A DNA stretch of 64,000 nt, taken from NCBI GenBank assembly GCA_951406725.2, contig OX597831.1, positions 25,358,001-25,422,000 on the forward strand, written 5' to 3'. This DNA is from Octopus vulgaris (taxonomy: Eukaryota). Position 1 is the first letter of the stretch, and every line of letters starts with the position of its first letter. The position numbers and the translations under genes were made by a program. The notes beneath the pieces are model-generated. The model saw only the letters and a program-made list of their open reading frames with translations, was not told the origin of the DNA and ran no database searches. Of this stretch, positions 49,419-63,068 are shown in pieces.

Positions 49419-50624
49419 TTTTGATTAATTGCATATTATATTTGAAATTTTTTACTTATATCTCTTTATCTTTTTACTATTAATGTATATCTCTTTTTGT
49501 ATAATGCCTCTACTCATATGTAATGGTGTATTAAAGTATTGATTGGGTATCATCGGATAGTTGATGTTTTATTGATTTATGTATGTTTCTCCATTCTCTA
49601 ATTTTGTAGTATTAATTTACGGTAATATTATTACCTTTACCCATATAATACATTTGATGAACTGATTGTTTGACAATTTTTAACATCTATGTATTAATCT
49701 TGTTGGGTACCTATCTGGCAGTATATTGGATATATATTATCCCATGGTGGGTTGAATTTTCAACCCCTATCTCATTTTATAACCTATATATATATATATT
49801 TATATATATATGTTTGCATATATATATGTTTGTATATATATATATATATTCAATCTTACAACTTACATAGAACCTCTCTGGTGCCAGAAGCACAAAAAAA
49901 AGCACCCAAAAGACTCGGTAAAGTGGTTGCCATTAGGAAGGACATCCAAGCATAGAAACCAAGCCAAAGATATCAGCCTTATGTAGAATCTTTAAAGGCC
50001 AACATGCTGCACTAGATATATTTAGATGGTAATCAAATGCGAAAGAAGCTTCCTTACCACCCCAATAAGACAAAAATACCAATATCTGTATATGCAGCTC
50101 TTCGCTGTAATGTAAAGTAAATCTGGTTTTTACTTTAGACATTAATATACAAACTCCACAAAGAAACTAAAGATTTTCACCCATTACAAAATAATGTTGG
50201 AGACTTTTTGATGTCAATCAGCACGCTGGAAAAAGCAACCAAATCTTATTGCAATGGCTTAAAAGATCGAAGGGTATGTTAGATATTGTAGTTAAACATA
50301 TTCTATGTCTGAAATGAAAAAAAGACTGGAAGTTTGAGATTAGAATAACTTTGATCATAAATCTTGTGAATCACAGAGCTAAGCAACAGCAACAACAGCA
50401 TCTAAATGACTGATTTTCTCTCAGTAAAGATTAAAGTGTAATCTTTTGTGGATTGGCGGTATTTCCCTATGATCCGATCATCGATCTTTCTGAAATATTG
50501 AAAATTATTACATCATACTTTGTGATATACATAAAATTAGTAAAGTGAATGAAAAATGATCAGAATTGAACTTAGAGGAGTCAGCAAACCACAATTGTTA
50601 AATCACTCATCTGCCTCATCTTAT

Positions 50625-50743
<119 letters not shown>

Positions 50744-51149
50744 CAATTTGATATTTATCTATATTGATATACATCTGTCTGTGTGGTGAGTGCACATATA
50801 TGTACGCAAGGCTCTAAGTACGCATGCATACATATGTTTGTCTGTGTGGATATATGTATGCATATGGAATCATGAGTGCATGATGTTTTGTATGTATGTA
50901 TGTACGCTGTTTGGGACTACGTAAACATCTATAAGTTCTTGCTTGTGTATGTGTGTGTCTTAAGATAGATTATGTTTTGTTTCAATACACAATTGATTCA
51001 ATGGAATCGATATTCATTTCTACACAGACCATTCAACAAACTACTTTTACAACTTCATACGCATGTATGAAGTGCTGTATGTGTATAAGCGCTGTATCTG
51101 TATGCATGTGCGTGTGTTTGTATATATATATATATATATGTATGTATAT

Positions 51150-51234
51150 AACACCAAGTAAATTAGGGGTTATGGATCCAACCCACTAAGGGATAATATT
51201 TATCCAATATACTATTAGTATAACATCCAAATTC

Positions 51235-51238
<4 letters not shown>
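51150..51238 (-). mobile_element. Short 3'-terminal fragment related to the 48160-49785 element, in (TA)n
   Basis: TAGGGGTT......CAACCCAC...GGGATAATAT.TATCCAATATACT matches the reverse complement of ~49718-49770. Confidence 0.65.
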
Positions 51239-51291
<53 letters not shown>

Positions 51292-51352
51292 GCATATGTG
51301 TGTGTGTGTGTGCACATATATATATGCAACTAGATACACACACACTTGCATA

Positions 51353-51588
51353 AAGGTGGTGAGCTGGCAGAATCATTAGCACACCGGGTAAAATGCTTAG
51401 CGGTATTTCATCTGTCTTTACAGTCTGAGTTCAAATTCTGCCAAGGTCGACTTTGCCTTTCATCCTTTTGGGGTCGATAAATTAAGTACTAGTTATGCAC
51501 TGGGGTCGATGTAATCGACTTAATCCCCTTGTCTGTCCTTGTTTGTCCCCTCTATGTTTAGCCCCTTGTGGGCAATAAAGAAATAAGA
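51353..51588 (+). mobile_element. SINE family B, full length
   Basis: Near-consensus B. Confidence 0.9.
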
Positions 51589-51939
51589 TACACATACACA
51601 CTTCTATGCCTGTATGTCTACCTGTTTATCTTTATCTCAATGTATAACTGTTTTGTTGCTGTTGTTAACCAACCAGCTAGATGTAGTCATCTAGCCAACC
51701 AATCAGCCAGCCAGCCAGCCACTCATCCAGCCATCCATACAGCTATCTAACCAGCCATCTGTTTGTCATTATAAACTATTGAACATCTACCATACTGTCT
51801 TCTTTGCACTTGCATCAGTGATTTTTAGTGAGAGAAATTACAATTTAACTAATTTATCAACAGTGTACTTCTTGAAGCTTTGCTTTCGGTGGGAACAATT
51901 TAGTTTTATCTCCTGTAAAGAAAGGGTAAAACCCCTACT

Positions 51940-52211
51940 TCGATCATAAATGGCCATATGATAGTTTATGGAAGACCAGAAATCACCCAGGTGTACCAGC
52001 TTCCCCTCTCCACGCCAAGGGAAAGGCAAAGTCTGAGACAGTTTGGCACCAGTGACATCATCACAGCGCATTTCTACAGGTGAGTGAACTGGAGTAACGC
52101 AAAATAAAAATGTCTTGCTCAAGAACACGACACATAACCCAGTCTGGGAATCGAACTCACTACCTCGTAGTTGTGAGCTAAATGCTCTAACCACTGAGCC
52201 ATGCACCTTCA
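51940..52211 (-). mobile_element. tRNA-derived SINE, family D-related
   Basis: GGTGCATGGCTCAGTGGTTAG...GAGTTCGATTCCC head and TTCTTGAGCAAGACA core. Confidence 0.8.
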
Positions 52212-52276
52212 CATCTTATCTCTTGTGAAACTTCTAGTAATGTTGTACCTGCTGCTGCTACTACTGCTACTACCAT

Positions 52277-52440
52277 CAGTGTTGTCTTAAGGCATGGGCA
52301 CACTGGGCAGTTGCTCAGGGACTCATGGGGTCTAGGGGCCCAATTCTGTGGCCTGCTGTTAATAAATAAATACTATAGGCTCCAGGGCATTGATTTGCTC
52401 TGGAGGTCGGGGTGCTTATAGTGGTGCTAAGATGATTCTG
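52277..52440. mobile_element. Possible hAT-type MITE
   Basis: CAGTGTTGTCTTAAG ... CTAAGATGATTCTG degenerate TIRs with GC-rich subterminal motifs; TSD not clean. Confidence 0.3.
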
Positions 52441-52626
52441 ACTACTGCCACTACTACCACCACTGCTACTACTTATGTATAATACTGGGCTTGTGATTAT
52501 TTCATTTCATTCCATTGTTCTGCTCCTTGATGAAATGTCTCCTTTACCATGTCAAGGGTCAAGTTATTGTTATTGGAATTTAGGAAACAAAAACTGCATG
52601 GAAGCCTATGGGACATTCCCAGATAG

Positions 52627-52666
<40 letters not shown>

Positions 52667-53187
52667 TGCACACACATTAATTTGCTTATCAAAAACCAAA
52701 CCAACTCTGGCAACTACTGGTAGATTCTCTACATGGAATACTTACTGTTCAACAGACAAACAACTTGATTCTTCATGTAGAAAAATTGCCAATAGTCACC
52801 AGCATCGATTTCAGTTCACCAAATTCCATATTTTCCAATAACCTCTTGTTTTCCAATTTCTCTTTCTTTCCCATTCATAACTGTTTATCTGCCATCTCTC
52901 ACCCCAACCTCCACCATCAATGTTGATAACACCATCCACATCACAATAACTTACCTTTCATCAGCCCTATATCTCAGTAACTACATTGATCCACTATTAT
53001 CTCTCCAATATGCTATGTGTAAGAGACTTCTGTAGGAGAGTATTATCTGGTTGGTTATGTTGCAGCTTCTTACCTGTGTAGACTGGCATATCCTATATGC
53101 ATTTCACCTGCTCATTCTCTGCTGCAGGCAAAGGCTGGTGCTCATACCACTTGTTGGGACATTCTTGCCCATACTTCCTGCACAACT

Positions 53188-53386
53188 TAGAACCGTTAGC
53201 ACACTGGGCAAAACGCTTAGTGGCATTTTGTTTGTCTTTATGTTCTGAGTTCAAATTCTGTCGAGATCGGCTTTGCCTTACATCCTTTTGGGGTAGATAA
53301 AATAAGTACCAGTTGAGCAGTGGGGGTCATGTAATTGACTTAACCCCCTCCCATGAACTTTCTGGCCTTCAGCTAAAATTTGAAAC

Positions 53387-53484
<98 letters not shown>

Positions 53485-53695
53485 AGGCAGTGAGCTGGCA
53501 GAATCATTAGCACACTGGACGAAATGCTTAGCTGTATTTTGCCCATCACTACATTCTGGGTTCAAATTCTGCCATGGTCAACTTTGACTTTTATCCTTTC
53601 AGGGTCCATAAATAAAGTACCAGTGAAACATTGGGGTTGATGCACTTGACTTCATCCCCTTCCCACAAATTTCAGGCCTTGTGCCTATAATAGAA

Positions 53696-53727
<32 letters not shown>

Positions 53728-53995
53728 CATTAGTAGTAGTAGTAGTAGTAGGCAGCAAGCTGGCAGAATCAGTAGCACACTGGGTGAAATACTTAGCAGT
53801 ATTTCGTCTGTCTTCACGTTCTGAGTTCAAATTCTGCTGAAGTTGACTTTGCCTCTCATCCTTTTGGAGTTGATAAATTAAGTACCAGTGAAACACTGGA
53901 GTCGATGTTATCGACTAATCCCCTCCCAACAAATTTCAGGCCCTGTACCTTTAGTAAAAAGGATTATTATTATTATTATTATCATTATTATTAGC
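53188..53995 (+). mobile_element. Three head-to-tail SINE B copies separated by (ATT)n(AGT)n
   Basis: Units at 53188-53388, 53483-53696 and 53750-53962. Confidence 0.85.
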
Positions 53996-54583
53996 AGTAG
54001 TAGAAGTAGTAAATTTAATAAAATGCTGAAATACACTATACTCTAAGTACTTGCAGCAAAGCACTGCACTTGAACATGGTACCTATCAGTGCAATGCAAT
54101 CACAATGTCAGAGGTGTTACTCTCTAATAGCTGTCTTTGTCTGGCTGACAGTTTGATAGGTTATTGGCCCAGCTAGCTATAACAATACATCAGGGTATTA
54201 CACTGTATTCAATAGCCAAATAATGAGACATTAACACTTCATAAAATTCAAATTTAAGACTGATAATGTATCTTCAGAAGAATGTGCGTGAATGTGTACA
54301 AGAGGGAGGGTATTTCTGCCTCCATTTCAAATACTATTTACAACTCTTTTGAATTCCACTTTTGTATTTAATTTCATGCTTGTTACAGAGATAAAAACGT
54401 AGAGTTTGGTTAATTTATCACCCCATCATCACCCTGCTTTCTGGTCCCTTGGCCGCATTAAAATTCCTTAATGGTTTTTAAAATTCACTTTCTGTATCTA
54501 AAGGTAAACACCAGATGGTTTTTATGGCTATAGGGAGGTAGTTTATCAGGCAAAAAGTAAATTTTATCAAACTAATGAAACTA

Positions 54584-54640
<57 letters not shown>

Positions 54641-54641
<1 letters not shown>

Positions 54642-54852
54642 AGCAGTGAGCTGGCAAAGCAGTTAGCATGTGGGGCAAAATGCTTAGCAGCATTTCATCT
54701 ATCTTTACTTCCTGAGTTCAAATTCCACCGGGTTAAGCATTGCCTTTCATCCTTTCGGAGTCAATAAAATAAGTACCAGTTATGCACTGGGTCAATGTAA
54801 TTGACTATCCCTCTACTCCAAATTTCAGGCCTTGTTCCTATAGTAGAAGGGA
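54641..54852 (+). mobile_element. SINE family B between (ATT)n tracts
   Basis: B consensus. Confidence 0.85.
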
Positions 54853-55942
54853 TTATTGTTATTGTTATTATTATTATTATTGTTATTATTATTATTACTA
54901 CTATTATTATTATTATTGAGTGAAAGAGCAGTGCATGCCATCAAAGTGACACTGGGGTAAAATATACGAAGCCCATTATACCCGTTATGACTACCCGTCT
55001 GATTAAGGTACATCAGGCAGTGTGGACTTGATGCTTTTTACATGGCCTCAGCACTGGCAGGGTCACCAAGTAACTTGCAAGACAAGGAATTTTGAGAGAG
55101 GCAGGGCCTTTGGAAGAGGGGATCTTATGTCAGATGGCGAAAGGTTTAGAGTGTGACAGAGAGATGGGGAAACAGGAAGAACAAGTGTCTTGCTATAGAG
55201 GAAGTACATGGTTACCCAGCCAAGAGAGAGAGGGGAGGAGGAAGAGAGAGAGAGTGTGTGTGTGTATATGTGTGTGTGTACCTATACACGTGTGTGTGTG
55301 TGTGTATATAGCCAAAAGAACTTGGCTACAACAGTACAAGCTAAAGAACAAGTTTTTAACAATATAGAGCATTCACTGCTGAAAGTTGGAAGTCATACCA
55401 GCTGTTAAGGAAATGAAAATTATTTTTTAACCTATGAAGAATTGATTTTTGGCTGTTGAAGGTCACTACAGTATATCTGTAGTGCTTTAACTTTGATTAT
55501 TTGAGTTGGTGAGAGAGTGAGAGACAGGTGTCTTGACAATAGACACATTGAAGCATTGATGATGGTGGAGTATCAGCTTTATAATGCTTTGGATATTTGT
55601 TATTGTTAAGCCTCTGATGATCAAAGCTGTTCTAGTTTTTTGTCTATCAAGGATTATACTGTTCATTGTGGACTTCATTTTTGTTCTTTTTTTAAATAGC
55701 AAGGTGTGAATTGAGGGAAATTTAGTTACTCCTTTCAGCAGGCATATCAATCAAAGAGAAATATCGTTTTTTTCAATAGTAGTGTGACACATTATCATCA
55801 TGGCAATTTATACATTTTTTTTTTGTGGTATTGCAATAAATTAATTTTTTGAGTTTGTACAGTATCCACTTAATGTGAGTCTAAGATGGCTAATTATAAT
55901 TTTAAATTTAATTGGAATTTGTTAACCATGATCTTATGTCAG

Positions 55943-56866
55943 TCAAGGGGGTGCCAGAATGTTCCTAATTTTGTGGAAAAGAAATTACTGGAGGATCAGT
56001 TAATTATGATTTTATTCAACATATTCCCCTCTCAGGTTCACACACTTGTTGCAGTGATCCTTCAGTTTTTCTAAGCCCTGCAAAAGAACTTGGAAGTTTA
56101 GGCCTCTGACCAGACCATTCACAATACCCTTCTGTCGGCTCTACTCCTGCAACTCAACTTGATTTCGAGCCGGGTCGTCTGCTGCTGGAGAGGACCGATC
56201 AGGTAAAGGACCTAGGTATCTTGGTGGATTCCTCCTTTTTGCCTTCAGCCCAGTGCGTCCATGCTGCCAACAAAGCACGCGGAATTCTGTTCTTGATTCG
56301 ACGGTCATTCGGAATGCTCACAGCAGCCATATTCCTACCACTCTATGTCACGCTGGTGAGACCCATATTGGAGTATGGGATTCAAGCCTCTTCTCCTTAT
56401 CTCCTCAAAGGCATACAGCATCTCAAAAGAGTCCAGAAGCTGGCTACCCGCATGGTTCATGGTCTCAAAAATTTGTCCTACGAAGAAAGGCTGAGGACGC
56501 TCGACCTTTATTCTCTTGAAAAACGCCGCCGCCGTGGTGATCTCATTCTTGCCCACAACATCATAAGCTGAAAGTGTAACCTCTCGAAAGAGCTGTTCTT
56601 CACTCCTGCTCCAGAGCGTCGGCTGCGGGGTCATTCCGAAAAGCTCTACCTGCGACGATTTCATCTCAATCGAAGGAGAGGAGCTTTCTCCATCCGGGTT
56701 GCGGATCCGTGGAACAAGCTGCCAGACGAGATGGTGAAGATGCCGACGACCGCTTTGTTCAAAGCCTCCCTTGACCTCAAGTGGCCTGAACTCTTTACAT
56801 GAACACCACCCTGTACTTAACTCCATGTCCCCCTACATGGCCTTGCTATTTGCTTTTGAGCCAAAT

Positions 56867-56897
<31 letters not shown>

Positions 56898-56926
56898 AGC
56901 CAGGATCTTTTCAGCACTCCCTCATA
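55943..56926 (+). mobile_element. mariner-type MITE split by a CR1 LINE
   Basis: 55943-56131 plus 56897-56926 reconstitute the 11719-11934 element (…ACAATACCCTT|AAAGCCAGG…). Confidence 0.85.
56132..56896 (+). pseudogene. 5'-truncated CR1-clade LINE (end of RT and C-terminus of ORF2, 3' UTR, (TAAC)n tail)
   Basis: VKDLGILVDS...AANKARGILFLIRRSF...LYVTLVRPILEY...RVQKLATRMV.GLKNLSYEERL..LDLYSLEKRRRRGDLI. Premature TGA at 56569, where the 670-1066 copy has GGA. Confidence 0.92.
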
Positions 56927-57776
56927 GCTTGGGATTCATACCATCAGACTGGTGTCTCTTATGCTGAACATACATTAGAACAAAGAGAAGGATAATGCTT
57001 TTGGCTACAGGTGAGATGACATGGTTTTACATGTTAGCTTAGAAACATTGATTGGATAGGTAATGGATGGTGGAAGTTAAACAAAACGAGATGCCAGGGA
57101 TATGGTATGATAGCAGAGGAAAAAGAAGAAAACTCGATAAAAACAAAGGAAATATATTTGGCATATGTATGAGGAAATCTTGGCAAATATTCTTGTTTAG
57201 AGAATTGCAATTCCTATTTGTAACTTATTATATTCATTGAATATATGAACCTGGCATAAAAGAATGAAGTGAATAAATAAATGAGTGAGTGACTGAATAC
57301 TGAAGGTAAGATAAACAACATGCCATGAGAATAAGCAAAAATCTGAAACGGAATCAATCAATATCTGATTTGGAGAATCTGGTAAACAGATTGATTCTTT
57401 ACTAAAGTCATCTTCAAAGAGCGGTGTGATGGATGCTTTGAGGAAATGTTCCAGAAGCTAAAATCCTTTATCTCAAGTCAGAAAATAATCGAGATGGTAC
57501 GTGTGTGTGTGTGTGTGTGTTTTGTGTTTTAATGTAGGTGGTGGACTGGATGGGGGTCTGCAAATGCAGATGTTTTCATGCATGTCTGGCTTACGTTTGA
57601 TGTAAAGCAGGCACCATATCTCTTTGTTTAGATTCTTTATCAGAATACACAATGGTTGACTGAAAGATATTAGTATGTTCACTAGTAGAGAATCTGGTCA
57701 TTAGTTACTGTGTTGGATTTTCAAGTCAACAATAAACCAAACAGGATGGTGACTTTCATTGTTGTAATAAGAGAAA

Positions 57777-58078
57777 GGTGGCGACGCAATGGTCCAGTGG
57801 TTAGGGCAGCGGACTCACGTTCGAAAGATCGTGGTTTCGATTCCCAGACCGGGCGTTGTGTGTGTTTATTGAGCAAAAGCACCTAAAAGCTCCACAAGGC
57901 TCTGGCAGGGGGGGGGGGCGACCCCTGTTGTACTTTTTGGCCCCAAATTTCTCTCACTCTTTCTTCCTGTTTCTTGAGTAACGCTACGATGGACTGGCGT
58001 CCCATCCAACTGGGGGAACACATACGCCACAGAAACCAGGAAACCGGGCCCATGAGCCTGGGTAGGCTTGGAAAGGTA
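57777..58078 (+). mobile_element. tRNA-derived SINE, family D variant
   Basis: Box A/B head; tail shared with 36200-36300. Confidence 0.85.
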
Positions 58079-58358
58079 AAAAAAAAAAAGAATAACAGAA
58101 AGAAGAGGAGGAGGAGGAGGAGGGGGGCAGTTATAAGTGGTATAAGTGATAATGTAAATATATCCCATGCATCATGACTATCATCATTATCAATAACAAC
58201 AGCAGAAGGAGCAGCAGCAACGTCATTATTTTTACATCAGCATTTTTCTATGTTGGCAGGGGTCAGATAAGATTCCTTAAAGCAACCCTCTATGGCTGGA
58301 TGCCCTTTCTGATGCCACTAAACCTTTCATTTTAATTTTTTTTTTTTTATAGGTATAG

Positions 58359-58668
58359 GCGTAGGAGTGGCTGTGTGGTAAGTAACTTGCTTACCAGCCA
58401 CATGGTTCTGGGTTCAGTCCCACTGCGTGGCACCTTGGGCAGGTGTCTTCTACTATAGCCTCAGGCTGACCAAAGCCTTGTGAGTGGATTTGGTAAACGG
58501 AAACTGAAAGAAGCCCATCGTATATATGTATATATATATATGTGTGTGTATGTGTGTGTGTTTGGGTGTCTGTGTTTGTCCCCCCAACATTGCTGGTCTG
58601 TTTACGTCCCCGTAGTTTAACGGTTCGGCAAAAGTGACCGATAGAATAAGCACTAGGCTTACAAAGAA
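58359..58668 (+). mobile_element. SINE family A, 3'-truncated
   Basis: Family A consensus. Confidence 0.88.
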
Positions 58669-59593
58669 TGCCCTGTGTGTGTGTGTGTGTGTGTGTCTTC
58701 TCGGATCTCGGGCATCCACCATCTGATTGCGCTCAAATTTGATATGTAGATACCAATGGTATCAGGGCATGTATAAGTCTTCAAAAAATTACAAAAATCG
58801 ATTCCAGGTAAGAATGCGATCGATAAAGCCATTCTTGTCCTGCTTTTCATCCGTCAACCTGTACATAACTGCACCTTCCATTTTTTGTTGTTTTTTGTAC
58901 TGCCAAGCTCACTGTTTAAACCATGTTTGTGTTCCCCCAATCAACAGCCTTATCATTACTGGTACTTTAAACTCTTTGGTTTCACATTTGTGTGAACAAA
59001 ATCGTTTTTCTTTGGAATAGAAAAAAAGTCTATCTTTATTTTTTCTTTTGCTGGTGTCTTAAATTTAGGTTAAATCAGTGTTTCTGAAAGGGGAGGCCTA
59101 TGGGACGGTCGGACAAGTTGTTTTGAGAAAATTTGGTTTAACTGTTTGACAACTTAGCACTGTCCATTGGACGGCGGGGGGGGCGGGCGTTTTTCTCATA
59201 TATTATATATGTCAATAAAATAATAATGTATTTATATATGTTCTTCATAAATGTCATATTGTATTATATCATTCACAGTCGTATTCCATTATATTGTCTT
59301 ATATTAGACATTGGTGATGTATCCTCTGTCAGTTTTGCTGACGATCACTCACTTGTTCATTACTGAGTCGCCAACTTATTTTACTATAGTATTGTAACTG
59401 CCTGGTGTCATAATGCTAAAGTAAGAGATACTTGCCCAAGGTGTAGTGCAGTCAGACAGAATCCCAAACTACATGGTTAGTAAGTAAATTTCCTACTACA
59501 ACATAGGAGATGGAACTGAATGAATTTCTTGTAGCAATGTCATATTTACCATTGAAGTATGTCCTTTGAGAATCTTTGAAGTAGAGAATATGG

Positions 59594-59775
59594 GTTTCAA
59601 ATTTTGGCACAAGGCCAGCAAGATTAGAGAAGGAGGTTAAGTCTCATCCCCAAGTACTTATTTTATTGACCCCTAAAAGGATGAAAGGCAAAGTCACTCT
59701 TAGTGGAATTTGAGCTTAGAATGTAAAAGATGGGCAAAATAATGCTAAGCATTGGGTCTGCCAGTTTGCTGCCTT
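59594..59775 (-). mobile_element. SINE family B, diverged
   Basis: B central domain. Confidence 0.75.
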
Positions 59776-60589
59776 TTTGGAGTAGATAATGAATTTGGAT
59801 TATGGTTTGAAGGTGTCCCAACATAGACGATGAGCTAATTATATAAAAATATATACAAATAAATCATCACAATGATGCTACTATCATTGTATAGCAACAG
59901 GTTAGCTTTGTTCAAGCTCATCTAAGGTCAAAGAAGTTCTAACCATGACCACCCCATCATTCCTCTATTGTTTTTTGTTTTGATTTTCAGGCTTTCTGTA
60001 CCCTGAATGATGTCACGCAATTTATTCTTTTTAATCTGTCCAGGATTCAGTCTGAAAGAGAGAGAAATTTGGCTGCTATTTCTAGCAAATCAAACAGCTA
60101 CATTAAGACTTGATCACTGATTTGTTTCTAGGAGGGTGATGAGAACACATTAGAGGTACCCTCTTTGGCAATTCTTTCTAGTAATGTTAGCAGCCAAACA
60201 GACCTGTGCATATCTCATCTACCTATATGTGAAGCAAGTTTACACTGGAACAGGTTCTTATTAACTTCACCTGTCCTGTAAGAAAATTTAAATCTTAATT
60301 ATGACAAAACCAGGAAATAGTCGTTAAATATACAGTACTACTGCTGGTGCTGGTGGTGTTGATGTTGTTGTTGCTGCAGTTTTTCTACTGCAGCAAATGA
60401 GAGGTCAGTAACTACCTCTGCGTACTTACTTACATATAGTCAATTAGATTGGGTCAAGGGTGTCTGCTGAGACACACAATGAAAATTTAATTTGATTACT
60501 AAAAAAAAAAGCAAAATAATAAACAATTAAGAGTGTTTTTCTTTTTCTTTTGTAAATGGATCAAGACATTTAAAATTTTTGCATTTTAT

Positions 60590-60866
60590 CTCATCATCAT
60601 CATCCTCATCATCATCATCATCCTCATCATCATCATCATCATCATCACTGTCATTGTCGTTGTCATCCCCACCACAACACCATAACCATCATCAACATCA
60701 TCACCATTGTCATCATCATTATCATCATCATTATCATTATCATCATCATCATCATCAACACCATTATCATCACCATTATCATCATCATTATCATCATCAT
60801 CATCATCATCATCATCACCATTATCATCATCATAATCATCACCCTTATCGTTGTCATTATCATCAT
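60590..60866. repeat. Degenerate (CAT)n tract adjoining an old family C tail
   Basis: Directly visible; source of the poly-S/H/M ORFs. Confidence 0.9.
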
Positions 60867-61109
60867 TTCGAAGTCACTTTTTTCCATACTGGCATAGGTT
60901 GGATGGGACTTCTTGAAGCAGTATTCTATAGCCAAGATGCCTTTCCTGGTGCCAAAACTTAACTTGTTTGCAGATTAGAAACTTTATTTTACGTGATCTT
61001 TCCATACCAATCTGCTAGACATATTGTTTGTGTCAGGAATATAAACAAAATTCACTACGACACAAATAGGATTAATGGGAAAAAAATGAGGAGGAGGCCA
61101 ACAAGCAGA

Positions 61110-61146
<37 letters not shown>

Positions 61147-61272
61147 CCACACACACACACATCCATGCATATGCACACACATGCATGTACACACATATGC
61201 ACATGCACACACACATACACACATGTGCACACACATACATGTATGCATACATATGTAATATATACATACATG

Positions 61273-61600
61273 TGAAGGCACATGGCTTAGTGGTTAGGGG
61301 CATTTGGTTCATGATCGTAAGGTCAGGAGTTCAATTCCCAGTGATGCGTTGTGTCCTTGCGCAAGACACATTATTTCATGTTGCTCCAGTCCACTCAGCT
61401 GGCAAAAATGAGTTGTACCTGTATTTCAAAGGGCCAGCCTTGTCACATTTTGTGTCACACTGAATCTCCCTGAGAACTACATTAAGAGTACATGTGTCTG
61501 TGGGGTGCTCAGCCACTTGCACATTAATTTCACAAGCAAGCTGTTCCGTTGATTGTATCAGCTGGAACTCTCATCATCATAACCGACAGAGTGCTCCTTT
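61273..61600 (+). mobile_element. tRNA-derived SINE, family D-related
   Basis: GGCACATGGCTTAGTGGTTAG, GAGTTCAATTCCC, GTCCTTGCGCAAGACAC, GCTCCAGTCCACTCAGCTGGCAAAAATGAG. Confidence 0.8.
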
Positions 61601-62198
61601 TTTGATACATACGTACAATTATATGTTGGTTCTTCATACAGTTTTTATCAAGCTACTTTCATTCACAAGATATCAATCAAGTTGAAATGACACCTGCCCA
61701 AGGTGCCACACACTGAGATTGAACTAAAAACCAATTTGTTGTGAAGCAAACTTCATAACCACACAACTATTACAAATGTTTACTTTCTCTAAATTTCAAA
61801 TTCATTAAACTGAGATATTTTGCTAAATTACAATTGATTGGTAGTGGGAAAAATCTATAATTGAAATTTAAACTTTAATCTTAATTGATTAAGAGAAAAA
61901 TAATTGGAATTTGTTATTGATTTAAGTTTGTTTTTATTTAGCTTTTTCCAGTAAGATCTCAGTTTCATTTAGTTTCAAAATCCATTTTTAAATATTTTCA
62001 ATAAAATAGTATTTTTTTCTTTACCTTAGATCAACCCTGATCCAACATAGCTGTTGTCAAGGATTCTTTAAAACTTAATCAGACCAGCTATATCCAGTTA
62101 TAATATTCTTCCTCTTTTATGTTCAAACTGGCCAGATTAAACCTCTCACACCTACCCTAAAATGTCATTGTAAAAATAAACAATCACATCATTAAAAT

Positions 62199-62433
62199 AT
62201 ATTTCTTTATTACCCACAAAGGGGCTAAACATAGAGGGGATAAACAAGGACAGACAAAGGGATTAAGTCGATTACATCGACCCCAGTGCAAAACTGGTAC
62301 TTAATTTATCAACCCCAAAAGGATGAAAGACAAAGTCGACCTCGGCGGAATTTGAGCTCAGAACGTAATGACAGATGAAATACCGCTAAGCATTTCGCCC
62401 GGCGCGCTAAAGTGTCTGCCAGCTTGCTGCCTT
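62199..62433 (-). mobile_element. SINE family B in a piggyBac-like MITE, 13-bp TSD
   Basis: ACATCATTAAAAT on both sides. Confidence 0.88.
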
Positions 62434-62636
62434 TACATCATTAAAATCTTGAAGTCATAACATAAGGCATGTTTAACTATTTAGCATTTAAACCAACCAT
62501 ATCAGGTCCAAGTAGTCAACCGATTTTATGTTCAGACCAATCAGATGAGGTCTCTCACACCTACCTAACAATATCATTCTAAAAATGAGCAATCACATCA
62601 TTGAAATCTTGAACTTAACAGAATAATGCATGATTA

Positions 62637-62870
62637 AAGTGGCTAGCTGGCAGAATCGTTAGCACACCGGATGAAATGCTTAACGGTATTTTGTCTGCCG
62701 TTATGTTCTGAGTTCAAATTCCACCAAGGTCGACTTTGCCTTTCATCCTTTCTGGGTCAATAAATTAAGTACCAGTTACGTAGGGGTGTCGATGTAATTG
62801 ACTTAAACCCTTTGTCTGTCCTTGTGTGTCCCCTCTGTGTTTAGCCCCTTGTGGGCAATAAAGAAATAAG
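62637..62870 (+). mobile_element. SINE family B in a second MITE copy, ~18-bp TSD
   Basis: AGAATAATGCATGATTAA on both sides. Confidence 0.88.
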
Positions 62871-63068
62871 AATAATGCATGATTAATTCAACAAAATGGG
62901 AACAAATGAGCATTATATTTGACAGAGTAATCTGAATGCTCAAGGGTTTAACCATAGCTATGCTGTTCTTTAAGACAAGGCATATCAAAGACTAATCTAT
63001 TTAAATGATGGGACATAAATTTAGGCAGATTTTACTACTATTTCTAGCAGGTGAACTTACCTCAGTTA

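Larger units (their letters stand above)
48160..49785 (+). mobile_element. Penelope-like pLTR insertion with ~700-bp inverted 5' duplication in (TA)n
   Basis: Arms 48160-48863 and 48885-49612, 21-nt spacer, a hammerhead in each arm, unique 3' extension to ~49785, TA tracts on both sides. Confidence 0.75.

Noticed and set aside
56335-56826. 163-aa minus-strand ORF
   Set aside because: Antisense shadow of the CR1 ORF2 fragment.
60579-60962. His/Ser-rich protein
   Set aside because: Degenerate (CAT)n tract next to a SINE tail.
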